Virus record (IMG/VR): IMGVR_UViG_3300045988_098456
Length of the DNA stretch: 64,000 nucleotides
Direction: 5' to 3' (one strand)
Source: a virus
Shown here: positions 8,178 to 18,400 of the stretch, piece after piece
Layout: every line of letters begins with the position of its first letter
Position numbering within the stretch: position 1 is the first letter of the stretch
Notes under the pieces: generated by a model
Database searches by the model: none
Told to the model about the DNA's origin: nothing
The model's input: the letters and a program-made list of their open reading frames with translations, nothing else
Made by a program: the position numbers and the translations under genes

Positions 8178-8185
8178 CAAAGGTA
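8178..8185 (-). promoter_or_regulatory. -7 element TACCTTTG (leftward) for the XRE gene
   Basis: Plus-strand CAAAGGTA, 27 nt upstream of the ATG; no clear -33. Confidence 0.45.
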
Positions 8186-8288
8186 CAAAGAAATAAAGTA
8201 ATAATGTGCTAAAATCTGTAAAAAGTAAGTAATAATTAGATAACAAAGGTTAAAAATAAAGTAAAATATTGATTTTTCTCTCAAAACA

Positions 8289-8320
8289 TTTGGTTATTAT
8301 CCAAAAATTACTTACCTTTG
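8289..8320 (+). promoter_or_regulatory. Bacteroidota-type promoter TTTG-N20-TACCTTTG
   Basis: Exact match to the -33/-7 consensus with a 20-nt spacer. Confidence 0.7.
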
Positions 8321-8408
8321 CAATGTCTTTAAGAGATAAAGGCTTTAAAGTTTAACTATTAATTGCTGTTATACAGCCGAGTCGGCACTCGTAAAACGGT
8401 TTGAGGAT

Positions 8409-8747
8409 ATGACTACTTCAATTAAGAACAAGATGAGAAAGGTAATGCAGTTGGCACATAGAGCCTATCAGTTGAAATCAAGTTCAATGTCTTGGGTTGA
8501 GTGCTTGAAACAGGCTTGGCAGGTCGTAAAGCTTGAGGCAGCGATGAAGACCAAGGTAGTAGAGTTCTTTTTTATGAAGATGAATGGTGAGGTAAGACAA
8601 GCCTTTGGTACTCTCCTTCAGAGCCACATTGACTACACTCCAAATGGTACTGGTCATGCAGCATCAAGAGATTGCATCCGATATTGGGATGAAGAAAAGG
8701 GCGCATGGAGACAATTCAAGGCTTACAACTTCTTGCGAGTTGCATAA
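8409..8747 (+). CDS. DUF2693-like (SH3 beta-barrel) protein
   Basis: VEFFFMKMNGEVRQAFGT...IRYWDEEKGAWRQFK resembles the Bacteroides DUF2693 pattern (from memory). Confidence 0.5.
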   Translation: MTTSIKNKMRKVMQLAHRAYQLKSSSMSWVECLKQAWQVVKLEAAMKTKVVEFFFMKMNGEVRQAFGTLLQSHIDYTPNGTGHAASRDCIRYWDEEKGAWRQFKAYNFLRVA

Positions 8748-8787
8748 AGATATATACACGTTCTAAGATGTTTGGCGAGGCTTTAAT

Positions 8788-8813
8788 AGGGGTGAGCCTT
8801 TAATCACCCCTTT
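8788..8813 (+). terminator. hairpin, weak terminator
   Basis: AGGGGTGA-N8-TCACCCCT then TTT. Confidence 0.4.
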
Positions 8814-8841
8814 AGTTAAGGACTTTTAAAGTATTTGAGAT

Positions 8842-9090
8842 ATGGAGACAATCGCTAAGTGTTTGAAAGAAGTGTTCTACAAAGGGCATCATATAACCAA
8901 GGTGGAGGACGTTTTTGGTCAGGTTGCCGTTCGCATTGATAATGTAGTTGAACCGGACTACATAAGCATAGCAGAGGCGAAACGAGTAATCAATGGTAAA
9001 GCCCCAAAGTGGTTTAATGATGGCTATATGTGGGACGAAGCCAGCAAGAAGGTAGTAAAAGACCCTAACGCTTTCCGATGGGAGGAGTAA
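8842..9090 (+). CDS. hypothetical protein (82 aa)
   Basis: Track ORF. Confidence 0.6.
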   Translation: METIAKCLKEVFYKGHHITKVEDVFGQVAVRIDNVVEPDYISIAEAKRVINGKAPKWFNDGYMWDEASKKVVKDPNAFRWEE

Positions 9091-9404
9091 GAAAAGATAA
9101 GGTAAAGAACTTAATACAATTGGTTATGGAAAAGTTTATCAATGATGGTGGTTATGTCTTCGAGAAAACAAATGAGTTTCCGGATGGCTATGAGATTTGG
9201 GCGATTGGTCGAAGAAATTTCAAGCACAAAGGCTACGTACCATTGTGCGAGGTCGATGAGAACTTCAACGTCAAAAGAGATACCTTGAAGGCTTTGAAAG
9301 TCAAGGATGAAGCATTTGCTTTGGCTTTGCTCTATGAAGCCGTGAAAAGAGGTGTAAACAAGAAGAAGTATAACAAAATGTTAAGTGCAAAAGAAAATGG
9401 ATGA
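9078..9404 (+). CDS. hypothetical protein (108 aa)
   Basis: Track ORF. Confidence 0.6.
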   Translation: MGGVRKDKVKNLIQLVMEKFINDGGYVFEKTNEFPDGYEIWAIGRRNFKHKGYVPLCEVDENFNVKRDTLKALKVKDEAFALALLYEAVKRGVNKKKYNKMLSAKENG

Positions 9405-9693
9405 GAATTTCTTGAATGTGCTATATATCGAGCACACAGACAAAATAGGCGTTTTAAAGGACGATAAGAACGAAAGGGTATCAGTTATCCGTGGGACGGA
9501 CAAAACGCTTGTAGAACGCAAAAGAGAGGGTAAAACGTACCTTCTTGTACCTTTGACAAAGAACCACACATTTGTTTGCAAGGGTAATAGTATTGATGTG
9601 GATGGTGAACATATTAAGAGTGAAATCTTCTTCCGCAAGGATTCTTGCCAATGGATTGAGATTGACAAAGAAATGCTATTCAAGGTAGCGTAA
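9385..9693 (+). CDS. hypothetical protein (102 aa)
   Basis: Track ORF. Confidence 0.55.
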   Translation: MQKKMDENFLNVLYIEHTDKIGVLKDDKNERVSVIRGTDKTLVERKREGKTYLLVPLTKNHTFVCKGNSIDVDGEHIKSEIFFRKDSCQWIEIDKEMLFKVA

Positions 9694-9713
9694 TGAATAA
9701 GGAGATTTAAGCG

Positions 9714-9971
9714 ATGAAAGTATATGTAGTAATATCTTCATACCAACATGGACTGGGTGAGGCAGTTGAGGTTGACGCAGAAGTCTTCTCTACCATAGAT
9801 AAGGCAAGAAAAGCGATAAGACACAAAGGGATGAACACTTTGGAGAATTACAAGCGAGTTTTGAATTGCGATGATTATCTATACAATATCTCAGATTCTT
9901 TCTTCCATATCTCAGACAGCGAAGGTGAGACGTGGGATAATTTCGATATTGTAGAACAAGAATTAAAGTAA
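9714..9971 (+). CDS. hypothetical protein (85 aa)
   Basis: Track ORF. Confidence 0.6.
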   Translation: MKVYVVISSYQHGLGEAVEVDAEVFSTIDKARKAIRHKGMNTLENYKRVLNCDDYLYNISDSFFHISDSEGETWDNFDIVEQELK

Positions 9972-9978
9972 TATAGTT

Positions 9979-10227
9979 ATGAAGATTAATGAAATCAAAA
10001 ATATCTTAGATTATGCAAAGGAGTGTGGTCGTCTAGTAACAATTACACTTGTAAGTGGGCAAGTGTCTCATATAAACTTCAGTAAGAAAACAAAGACGTT
10101 TACTGCTACAGATGATGTAATCTTAGACGTAGAGGGACATCTTGTGATAAAATATGATACGGATGGAAGTATAGATTACATTGATAGCGATTCCATCATT
10201 CGCATATTTAGTAAAGAATGTGTTTAA
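9979..10227 (+). CDS. hypothetical protein (82 aa), tandem paralog 1
   Basis: Same length and similar hydrophobic pattern as 10247..10495. Confidence 0.6.
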   Translation: MKINEIKNILDYAKECGRLVTITLVSGQVSHINFSKKTKTFTATDDVILDVEGHLVIKYDTDGSIDYIDSDSIIRIFSKECV

Positions 10228-10246
10228 CAATTGATTAGATAAGAAT

Positions 10247-10495
10247 ATGGATGCAGGTCATGTGAATGTGATATTAGGCGAAGCCGAGGACAAAGGTCTT
10301 AGAGGAAGTATCAACTTGGTAGGTGGAGCAAAGATAAGTTTCGACTTCAATAGTGTTGGTGTTGAAACCTCTTTCAATTGCAATACAAAGAACAGAACAC
10401 TTATGATTGGAAGTGGAAGTACAGTAGTGTTTACACGTAAATATATTGATTGTAGCTCTATCCAGTATATTGAAGTGTTTGAACGTACAAAATAA
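10247..10495 (+). CDS. hypothetical protein (82 aa), tandem paralog 2
   Basis: Track ORF. Confidence 0.6.
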   Translation: MDAGHVNVILGEAEDKGLRGSINLVGGAKISFDFNSVGVETSFNCNTKNRTLMIGSGSTVVFTRKYIDCSSIQYIEVFERTK

Positions 10496-10512
10496 TTATA
10501 GGAGACAAGAAT

Positions 10513-10797
10513 ATGAATATACTAGACTATTATGAGGTTGTCACCTCAAAGATTTTCAAGTTGGAAAGCATGAACGAGGGGCTTGTATTGATAGCACCGG
10601 AGCAGGAGGTAGATGGAGTCCGTTCCTTGATGGTGGGACTATATGTGCCAGAGCATGAACGATACAAAATGTATACTTTCCGTTCCTCTATGAACGAGGG
10701 TGAACTTGGTGACAAGTATAAGGCAATGGTCGGCACGATGGATGTGCTTAAACCGGATTGGGACAGAATCTCAAAGAAAAGACTGAAGAGGATCTAA
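10513..10797 (+). CDS. hypothetical protein (94 aa)
   Basis: Track ORF. Confidence 0.6.
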   Translation: MNILDYYEVVTSKIFKLESMNEGLVLIAPEQEVDGVRSLMVGLYVPEHERYKMYTFRSSMNEGELGDKYKAMVGTMDVLKPDWDRISKKRLKRI

Positions 10798-10938
10798 CCT
10801 CTTACCTCCTTAAGTACAGAAGAAACATACTTGATGGTTATTTATCTGAATACATCAAGCAAAAGTGTGTTGAAATATCTGAGAATGCAAATTATTTCAA
10901 GATTATTTTTAGAAAAGATGAAAATAAATTAGAGTTTT

Positions 10939-10970
10939 CTTGCATTTCTCGAAGGTTTTTATTACCTTTG
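10939..10970 (+). promoter_or_regulatory. promoter CTTG-N20-TACCTTTG
   Basis: 20-nt spacer; 28 nt upstream of the ASCH gene ATG. Confidence 0.65.
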
Positions 10971-10998
10971 CGAATGTAAACAACAAAACAATGAGCTT

Positions 10999-11403
10999 AT
11001 GAAAGTATTATCTATTCGCCAGCCGTATGCTTGGTTAATCGCTATCGGCTGCAAGACCATTGAAAACAGAACCTGGAATAGAAAGTTCCGTGGTCGTTTC
11101 CTTATTCATGCAAGCCAAGCCAAACCCGAAAAACTTGACGGATGGCAGAAGAGCGCAATGAAGAAATATTGCCAAGAGCATGGTATTGTTATTCCAGACT
11201 TCAAAGACTTGCCAACGTCATCCATTATCGGCAGCGTAGAGTTGGATGATATTCAATTCCATGAGGCTTATCCGGATGCGTTTGCTGAAGATTTTCAGTA
11301 TCACTGGTTCTTGAAGAATGCTAAATTGTTCGATGAGCCGATTAGAAACGTCAAAGGCAAGTTGTTCATCTGGGATTATGAGTACAATGAAGCCGAAAAG
11401 TAA
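10999..11403 (+). CDS. ASCH-domain protein
   Basis: LSIRQPYAWLIAIGCKTIENRTW...FLIHAS. Confidence 0.75.
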   Translation: MKVLSIRQPYAWLIAIGCKTIENRTWNRKFRGRFLIHASQAKPEKLDGWQKSAMKKYCQEHGIVIPDFKDLPTSSIIGSVELDDIQFHEAYPDAFAEDFQYHWFLKNAKLFDEPIRNVKGKLFIWDYEYNEAEK

Positions 11404-11518
11404 AATAACAATACTTCTGTAATAAAAATACAAGTCGTTGAATGTTAGCATAAAAGTGCTTGTGGGTATAAGAGGTAAATAAGAAAATAATATAAACATA
11501 TTATAAAATATTGAAGTT

Positions 11519-12235
11519 ATGAAGAAGAAATTGATAATTGCCATCATCGTAGCTATCGTTGTGATAGGTGGCGGCATTGGTGGCTATATGTACCATTTCA
11601 GTCAAGTTAAGGCTGAAAAAATGGCTAATTACAAGAAGGCGTTATCTGATTATCGCTTCAATAGTAATAGATTGATATATTCTTTAGATTTCATAGCAAC
11701 GGATTTTATTATCAATTGGAATTCTGCTATAATGAATAAAAAGGCTATGAACGCAAAGAATGAAATTGTTCCTTGCTCCGATTTCGAGGATGCCGTTTCT
11801 TCTCGATATGCCTTCTATGATAAGTATGGTGCATATAAGATTTTGGATAGTGTATATGTCTCATTAGGAAAGCATTTGGAAAAGATGCGTGTAAATTCTA
11901 ATGAAGACCAGCAAAAAAATGTGGAAAGCTGTAGTAAGGAATACAAGGAGTTGAATAATGCTATAGTTTTTGTAAAAAAGCCTTATGGCTCATTGGTGCA
12001 ATACTCTAAACAGAAAGGAGACTTATTCTTTAAACTTTATGCTTTTGATAGCGAATTGGCTAAAGTTTCCCCATTGGAAGAAGATAAGGGCGATGAGAGA
12101 ACAAAAGCAATGAATATGGAATTATACGGAACGCATTTGTTTGTTGCGGCAGACTTTGACAAAGAGCCGCAAAAGGCTCAAAAGCAAAGTTATACGTTTA
12201 GTAACATCACTACAAATTGGATTTATTTAAAATGA
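11519..12235 (+). CDS. membrane-anchored protein (238 aa)
   Basis: N-terminal MKKKLIIAIIVAIVVIGGGIGGYMY. Confidence 0.7.
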   Translation: MKKKLIIAIIVAIVVIGGGIGGYMYHFSQVKAEKMANYKKALSDYRFNSNRLIYSLDFIATDFIINWNSAIMNKKAMNAKNEIVPCSDFEDAVSSRYAFYDKYGAYKILDSVYVSLGKHLEKMRVNSNEDQQKNVESCSKEYKELNNAIVFVKKPYGSLVQYSKQKGDLFFKLYAFDSELAKVSPLEEDKGDERTKAMNMELYGTHLFVAADFDKEPQKAQKQSYTFSNITTNWIYLK

Positions 12236-12321
12236 TGGTTCTATTTTAATATAAAAAAAGATTTGGTAGCAGCTACCTTTTAGGCGTGTGGCTTCATTGT
12301 TGAAATAGATAAAGAACTCAG

Positions 12322-12354
12322 AGCCTTCTGCATGTGAATGTGGAAGGCTTTTTT
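12322..12354 (+). terminator. rho-independent terminator
   Basis: AGCCTTC-N14-GAAGGCT followed by T6. Confidence 0.75.
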
Positions 12355-12436
12355 GTATCTAGACATTATTCTTTGCACTTAAATTTTTTGTGAAATAGCA
12401 CACCTTTGTTCTTTCGTTATTCCTTTGATTATTAGC

Positions 12437-12444
12437 TAATTTTG
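12437..12444 (+). promoter_or_regulatory. -7 element TAATTTTG ahead of the tape measure gene
   Basis: TAnnTTTG match 20 nt before the ATG; only TTTC at the -33 position. Confidence 0.4.
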
Positions 12445-12463
12445 CCAATAAAATCATATAAGG

Positions 12464-15400
12464 ATGGCACAGTTAGAATTTAATATCAAAGCGAATTTCG
12501 AGGAGGTTACGAAACTTCGTTCCGAGTGTGAAAAGTTGAGGGCTGAGTTGTTGAAGACCAACAAGTCAACCGACCCAGCTATTGTTGCGGATTTGACGGA
12601 AAAATATGCAGATGCAAGCAATCGCTTAAAGGATTTAACGCAAGCAGCTTCAAGAGCCGCTTACGTGATGTCTTCTGAGTTTAATAAGAAGATGCAAGCA
12701 GCCGCAAGGGAAGTTTATAGCTATGAACTTCAAATGCAAGCTACCAAAGACCGAATAGAGAAAATCCAACAGCAAATCACGAACAAGAGATTAACTCTTG
12801 GAATTACAACGGATAAGTCATCCATAGATTCTTTGCAGAAGAATATTGACTATTTAAAAGGCTCTTTGGCAGGTCAAACAGCTCAGTTGAAGAACTTAGA
12901 AGGAGGTGCTGTCGGTGCTCGTCAGACCTTGGAGAATATGCGGAATGAGTATGTTTTGTATGCAGGTTCAGCAAATCCGGCAAAAGAGGCAACAAATATG
13001 TTGACCGATAGCATGAGCCAAATGATAGAACGTATGAAGTCAGCTCCGACTGCTGGAGAAGGAATGACTAGTTTGTTCCAAAGAGTTACTGGCGATGCTC
13101 ACATGCTTTCGGCAACATTACTTGGTGGCTTAGGATTTGAACAATTAACACGTAGCGTTTTTAATACTCGTTCCCAATTCCAGCAACTTGAAATATCTTT
13201 CAATACCATGCTTGGTAGTGCTGATAAGTCTAAGCAATTGATGGACGAACTTATCCAAACGGCAGCTCATACACCTTTCGATATGTCCAGCATTACGGGT
13301 GGCGCAAAACAACTTTTGGCATACGGAACGGAAGCGAAAGATGTTAACAAAACCCTTGTACAGCTTGGTGACATTGCTTCGGGCTTGAACATTCCGCTTG
13401 GAGACCTTGTTTATCTTTATGGAACGACCGTTTCGCAAGGAAGAATGTTCACAATGGATTTGCGTCAGTTCATGGGTAGAGGTGTCCCATTAGCAGAAGA
13501 ATTGGGTAAAATCTTACACCAAAACACAACTGAGGTTCAAGAGTCTGTTTCTAAGGGAAAAGTCACATCAGACATCTTCAAGGAGGCTATCGCTAATATG
13601 ACGCAAGCTGGCGGTCGTTTCGGAGGCTTGATGGAGCAACAATCAAAGACATTGGAGGGTCAGTGGAGTAACATTGGCGATTCCATCCAGCAAGCGTTCA
13701 ACGAAATCGGCAAAAAATCCGATGGCGTGTTCTCTAGTGGATTGTCAATTATTTCAGCTATGGTAGAGAATTGGCAAGAGGTAATAAAAGTTATTGGTGT
13801 AGCTACAATAGCTGTTGGTTCTTATCGTGCATCGTTAATGGCGGCTGCTTCTATTCGCAAAGCTGAGGAAGCGCAACAAGCCGATGATATGATGAAGGGA
13901 ATTGATGCAGAAATCAAGCGTTTGCAAGACCTAGAGAACTCAAACTACAAGTCGCTGGGTAAGGACAAAAAGCAAGAGCGAGTAAGCAAACAACAAGACT
14001 TGGCAAGTATTGTTGGAGATACTGCTGTGTCCGATGATTTTGTAAAGGCAAGGTTAGATGCAGCCGAGCAAGAGGGCGTTATTTCGGCACAAATGCGTTC
14101 ACAACTAGAGACGAAACGTGAACTTTTACAGACTCAGCAACAAGCAACTGCACAAAGCCAGATTGAGCTTGATGAAGAAAAAAGAAAGACAGAGGAACTT
14201 CGTCAACAAAAGATAGAATCTCTTAAAGATGATTTGAAGACTACCACGGAGAAAATATCAAATCTTGATGATAGGGATGTAGAGTTGGCTAGACAATATA
14301 CAGCAGCTTTGAATGATTTGCAAGATGCCCAAGATGCCTTTGCTGAGGCTCAAAAATTGGTTGAAGAAACCGCTGATGGTGCAAACTTGGCTTTTGACTC
14401 CGAGGGTAATGCCGTGAATGCACTAGAAGCAAAGGAACGTTTGGCAACCGCTGCGAAGAAAGTGAATATTGCGCAAACAAATGTTTCGACAATTGCAAGT
14501 CAGCAAAGAGGAGCTGCGCTTATTCGTGAGCAATTACAAGAGAGACAAGCGACACTACAAACGCAGTTGAATTCGGTTAGTCAAGCTACCAATACGACTA
14601 CGAAAAAGGCTAGTACTTTAGCTACGGTTGCTTCAACGGTAAAAAATGCCATCCATACAGCAAGTGTTAAAATAATGACAACTGCTGAATTAATGCTTAG
14701 TAATGCGGTAAAATCCACAACTATGGCTTTAAAGGGAATGTGGGCTGCTATGCTTGCAAATCCGATTACTGGTATTATAACATTGGTAACAACGCTTGCT
14801 AGTGCCGTTGCAATGTTCGGAGGTGAAGAGGAAGATATTTCTGTTGACACAAAGCATTTTGGAGATTCTGCTGAAAACACAAGGGCGAAAGTTGATGGCT
14901 TGCTTAACGTAATGAGGTCTTCTAAGGAAGGAACTGATGCTTACAACAAAGCTAAAGAAGAACTTATCCAAACATACGAGCAGTTCGGGATTAAGTGTGA
15001 TGCCGAAAAGGATAATTTAACAACACTTAAAGGGAAGCATGATGAATTTGTTGCAACTTTACAATTGGAGAATGCTGAAAGAGAAAAGGCTAATGCTTTA
15101 ATGTCTGCCACTTCCCAATACACAGAAGCAAGAAACAAAGAAGATGACAATTTTAGCAAAGACTTATCCGGTCATTGGTATCAAGGTGGGCAACATGTAG
15201 ATAAGGAAGATATAACATCAATACAAATGATGTATAATTCCATAGCAACAGATGAGGTTTTAGATAGGCTGGCTAAGTTGAAGCAAAGAGTAGATGATAG
15301 CACATTGTCTTACAAGGAGCATATAGATGCTTTTAATATTTACACAAATGCAGTTAAAAAGACATTTGCGCCTATTGATTCGTTCTTAGAAAAACAACAT

Positions 15401-18400
15401 TACAATATAGCGACTATAGAGAATACTGACCATTCGATATTGGAGCATACGAGTAATCTTGCAAAATTAAAGACAAGTTATAAAAACGCAGAGGATGCGA
15501 TAATGAAGGCGGCTGCTGAAAATGTAGATTGGAATAATACACAGGCTAGGTCACAATGGGTAGCTCAGCAAAATAAACAAAGCATAGATGCCTTAACTTC
15601 CTCAACAGACCAGCTTATTTCTATATGGAATCAGGAATATGGATTAAATTTAAAAATCCATTATGATGATACAGAAATACCAAGTTGGATGAAATCTTTA
15701 ACGGATAAGCAGTTGCAATCTTTGATTAATAGACGTAAGGCGGATTTAAATAGGCAAGAGCAATACCGAACTAATCATAAAGGAAGTAAATTGCTGACAA
15801 AACAAGGAAATCAGCTAAGAGACGAAAATGCCAATAGGCTTGATGTAGCTATGGCTGGTTCTATTCTGAAAGATAGAGAGGCGAAAAGAAAAGCCGACGC
15901 AAATAAGCCGAAGGAAACGACAAAGAAAACTACACCTAAGAAAACAGGTGCAACGGATGACCCACAAGCAAGAGCGTATGAACGCAAGAAGGCTGAGGAG
16001 GACTATTCCAAGTCTATTTCATCCTATTCGGAGAAAGCTATCCAAGACATGACCAAGAACCGCATCAATGCGATGAATGAGGGTTATAGCAAGGAATTGG
16101 CTAAGATTACCGAGAATGCCGACAAGGAGAGAAAGGCGGTAGAAGAAGGTATAGACAAATTGGTTGAGGCTAGGAAAAAGCGTGACCAAGCTGTTTGGGT
16201 TAATTCCGGCAAGGGTCGTAAGGCTAATATGTGGAAACAGAGCAAAACCGATGAAGAGTATAAGAATGAGGTTTTGAATGAAACCATGAAGGATAGCAAT
16301 GGTAATCCGGTTAAGGTAAATGGAATGGAGATGACCATAGGCATGAGTGTTGCTAATCAGATGAATGCAATTCGGGATAAGGCGGTAAAGCAGAATGAGG
16401 ATGTGCTTGCTAAAGAAGCGCAAAGCATGTACGATTATCTGAAGACTTATGGCACATTCCAGGAGCAGAAGTTAGCTATTGCTGCCGATTATGCTAAGAG
16501 GATTAGCGAGGTTGAAAACTCTACGGATTCGGACTCAAACAAGCAATGGAAGATAAAGTCTTTGAAAGAAGAGCAGAAGAAAGAGACGGATTCGGTTGAG
16601 ACTAATGCTATTATGCAGAAGATAGACTGGTATCAAGTCTTCGGAAATGTTGGTGGCATTATGAAAGATGCGCTTGTTCCTTTATTGGCTGATCTGGATA
16701 AGTTCGTAGGTACGGATAAGTTTCAAAATTTGGGAGCAGACCAGCAGAAGAGTATCGTTGATGCTATGCAGAATATCCGTAATTCGATTGGCAATACAAG
16801 TGATTTGGGTTGGAAAGACCTTGCAAGGGACGTTGTAGCTTATCAGGAGGCTCTGAAGAATGCGAAAATTGCACAAGAGGAATATACGGAAACGGAAACC
16901 GAGCTTATACCTCGAATTAAGGATTTGCAAAATCAGATAGCGAATGCGAAAAAATCGGGCAATGTCGCAGAGCAAGCTAGATTGCAAAATGATTTGAATA
17001 AAGTTCAAGGTCAGTTAGCGGAGTCCGGCAAGAAGATAGTTACGGCTAACACAAAGGTTCGTTCAAGTGGTCAGAAGTTGGCACAAACCACACAGAATGT
17101 AACGCAACCGATTTCCGCTATCCATGAGTTCCTTTCAACTTCCGGACTATCCGATTTGGCATCTCTTTGGGATAGTTTCGACCAACTTAAAGGTGGAATT
17201 GACGGATTGAAAGCTTTGGATGAGGCTAAGAAAGCGGCTGATGGTCTGAAGGATATGGGCAAGGAAGCCGCAGACGCAGCCGCAGACGCTGGCAAGAAAG
17301 CTGGTGATGCGCTAAGTGAAGGATTGTCAAAAGCTGGACTAATAGGTCAAATCGTATCTGCCATCTTGACGATACTTGATGTTTTGAAGGATGGTATCGG
17401 AACATTGATTAGCAGCTTGATTGATACAGTTCTGAATGCGGTCAATGGTATATTGAAGAACATTCTAAGTGGTGAGTTTATCACACAGATAGGAGGGTCT
17501 TTGGTAAGCGGTATCGGTAATATTCTCAATACAATCTCGTTTGGTGGCTTCAATAGTTTGTTTGGAGTAGGTGGAAACGCAAAAGAAGTAAACCGGACTA
17601 TAGACAAATTGACGGCTAGGAACGAAATCTTGACGGATGCAATAGACAGATTACGTGACTCTATAGACAAGACTAGTGGTATCAAAGCCGTAGAAGACTC
17701 AGAAAAAGCTGAAAAACTTCAAAAGGAAAAAGAGCAAAACCTAAAGGACATCATGGTGGCGCAAATGGGTTATCATGGCTCTCATAAAAGTTTTAACCAT
17801 TATTTCCGAGGATTTTCGCAAGAGCAAATCAATAAGGTGTCTGAAGCGATAGGTAGACAATGGAATGGAAACCTAAGCGACATACGGTCTGCTGATGAAG
17901 CTAATGCGTTGTTGCAAAATCCTGATATTGTTAACAAGATTCAGAACACTGGTAAGGGAAATTATGGAGGAAGAGTCCTCGAAAAGTTGAAAGATTATGC
18001 GGCTGAGGCAGGAACATTAGAGGATATTGCTGATGACCTAGCAGAAAGCTTGACGCAAATATCTTTTGATAGTTTAAAGAGCGAGTTCATAGATACTTTG
18101 ATGGATATGAATTCCTCTGCTCAGGACTTCTCTGATAATTTCTCCAAGATGCTTATGCAAGCCGTTCTGAAAGCTAAGGTAGATGATTTGTTGGGTAATG
18201 ATATGCAAGCATTCTATGATGAGTGGACGGAGCGAGCTAAGGCAAATGGTGGCAAATTGTCTCAGACGGATATTAATGAATTGAAGGGAAGGTACGATGA
18301 AATGGTTCAAGAAGGACTGAAGATTAGAGATGAAGTAGCCGAAATAACTGGTTACAAGCAATCTTACGAGCAGTCAGCTTCTTCCGGTTCTTTCGAATCA

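Noticed and set aside
10758-10979. Track ORF of 73 aa
   Set aside because: It overlaps the end of 10513..10797 and then runs through a consensus promoter (10939-10970) whose flanks resemble other promoter regions. I treat it as non-coding.
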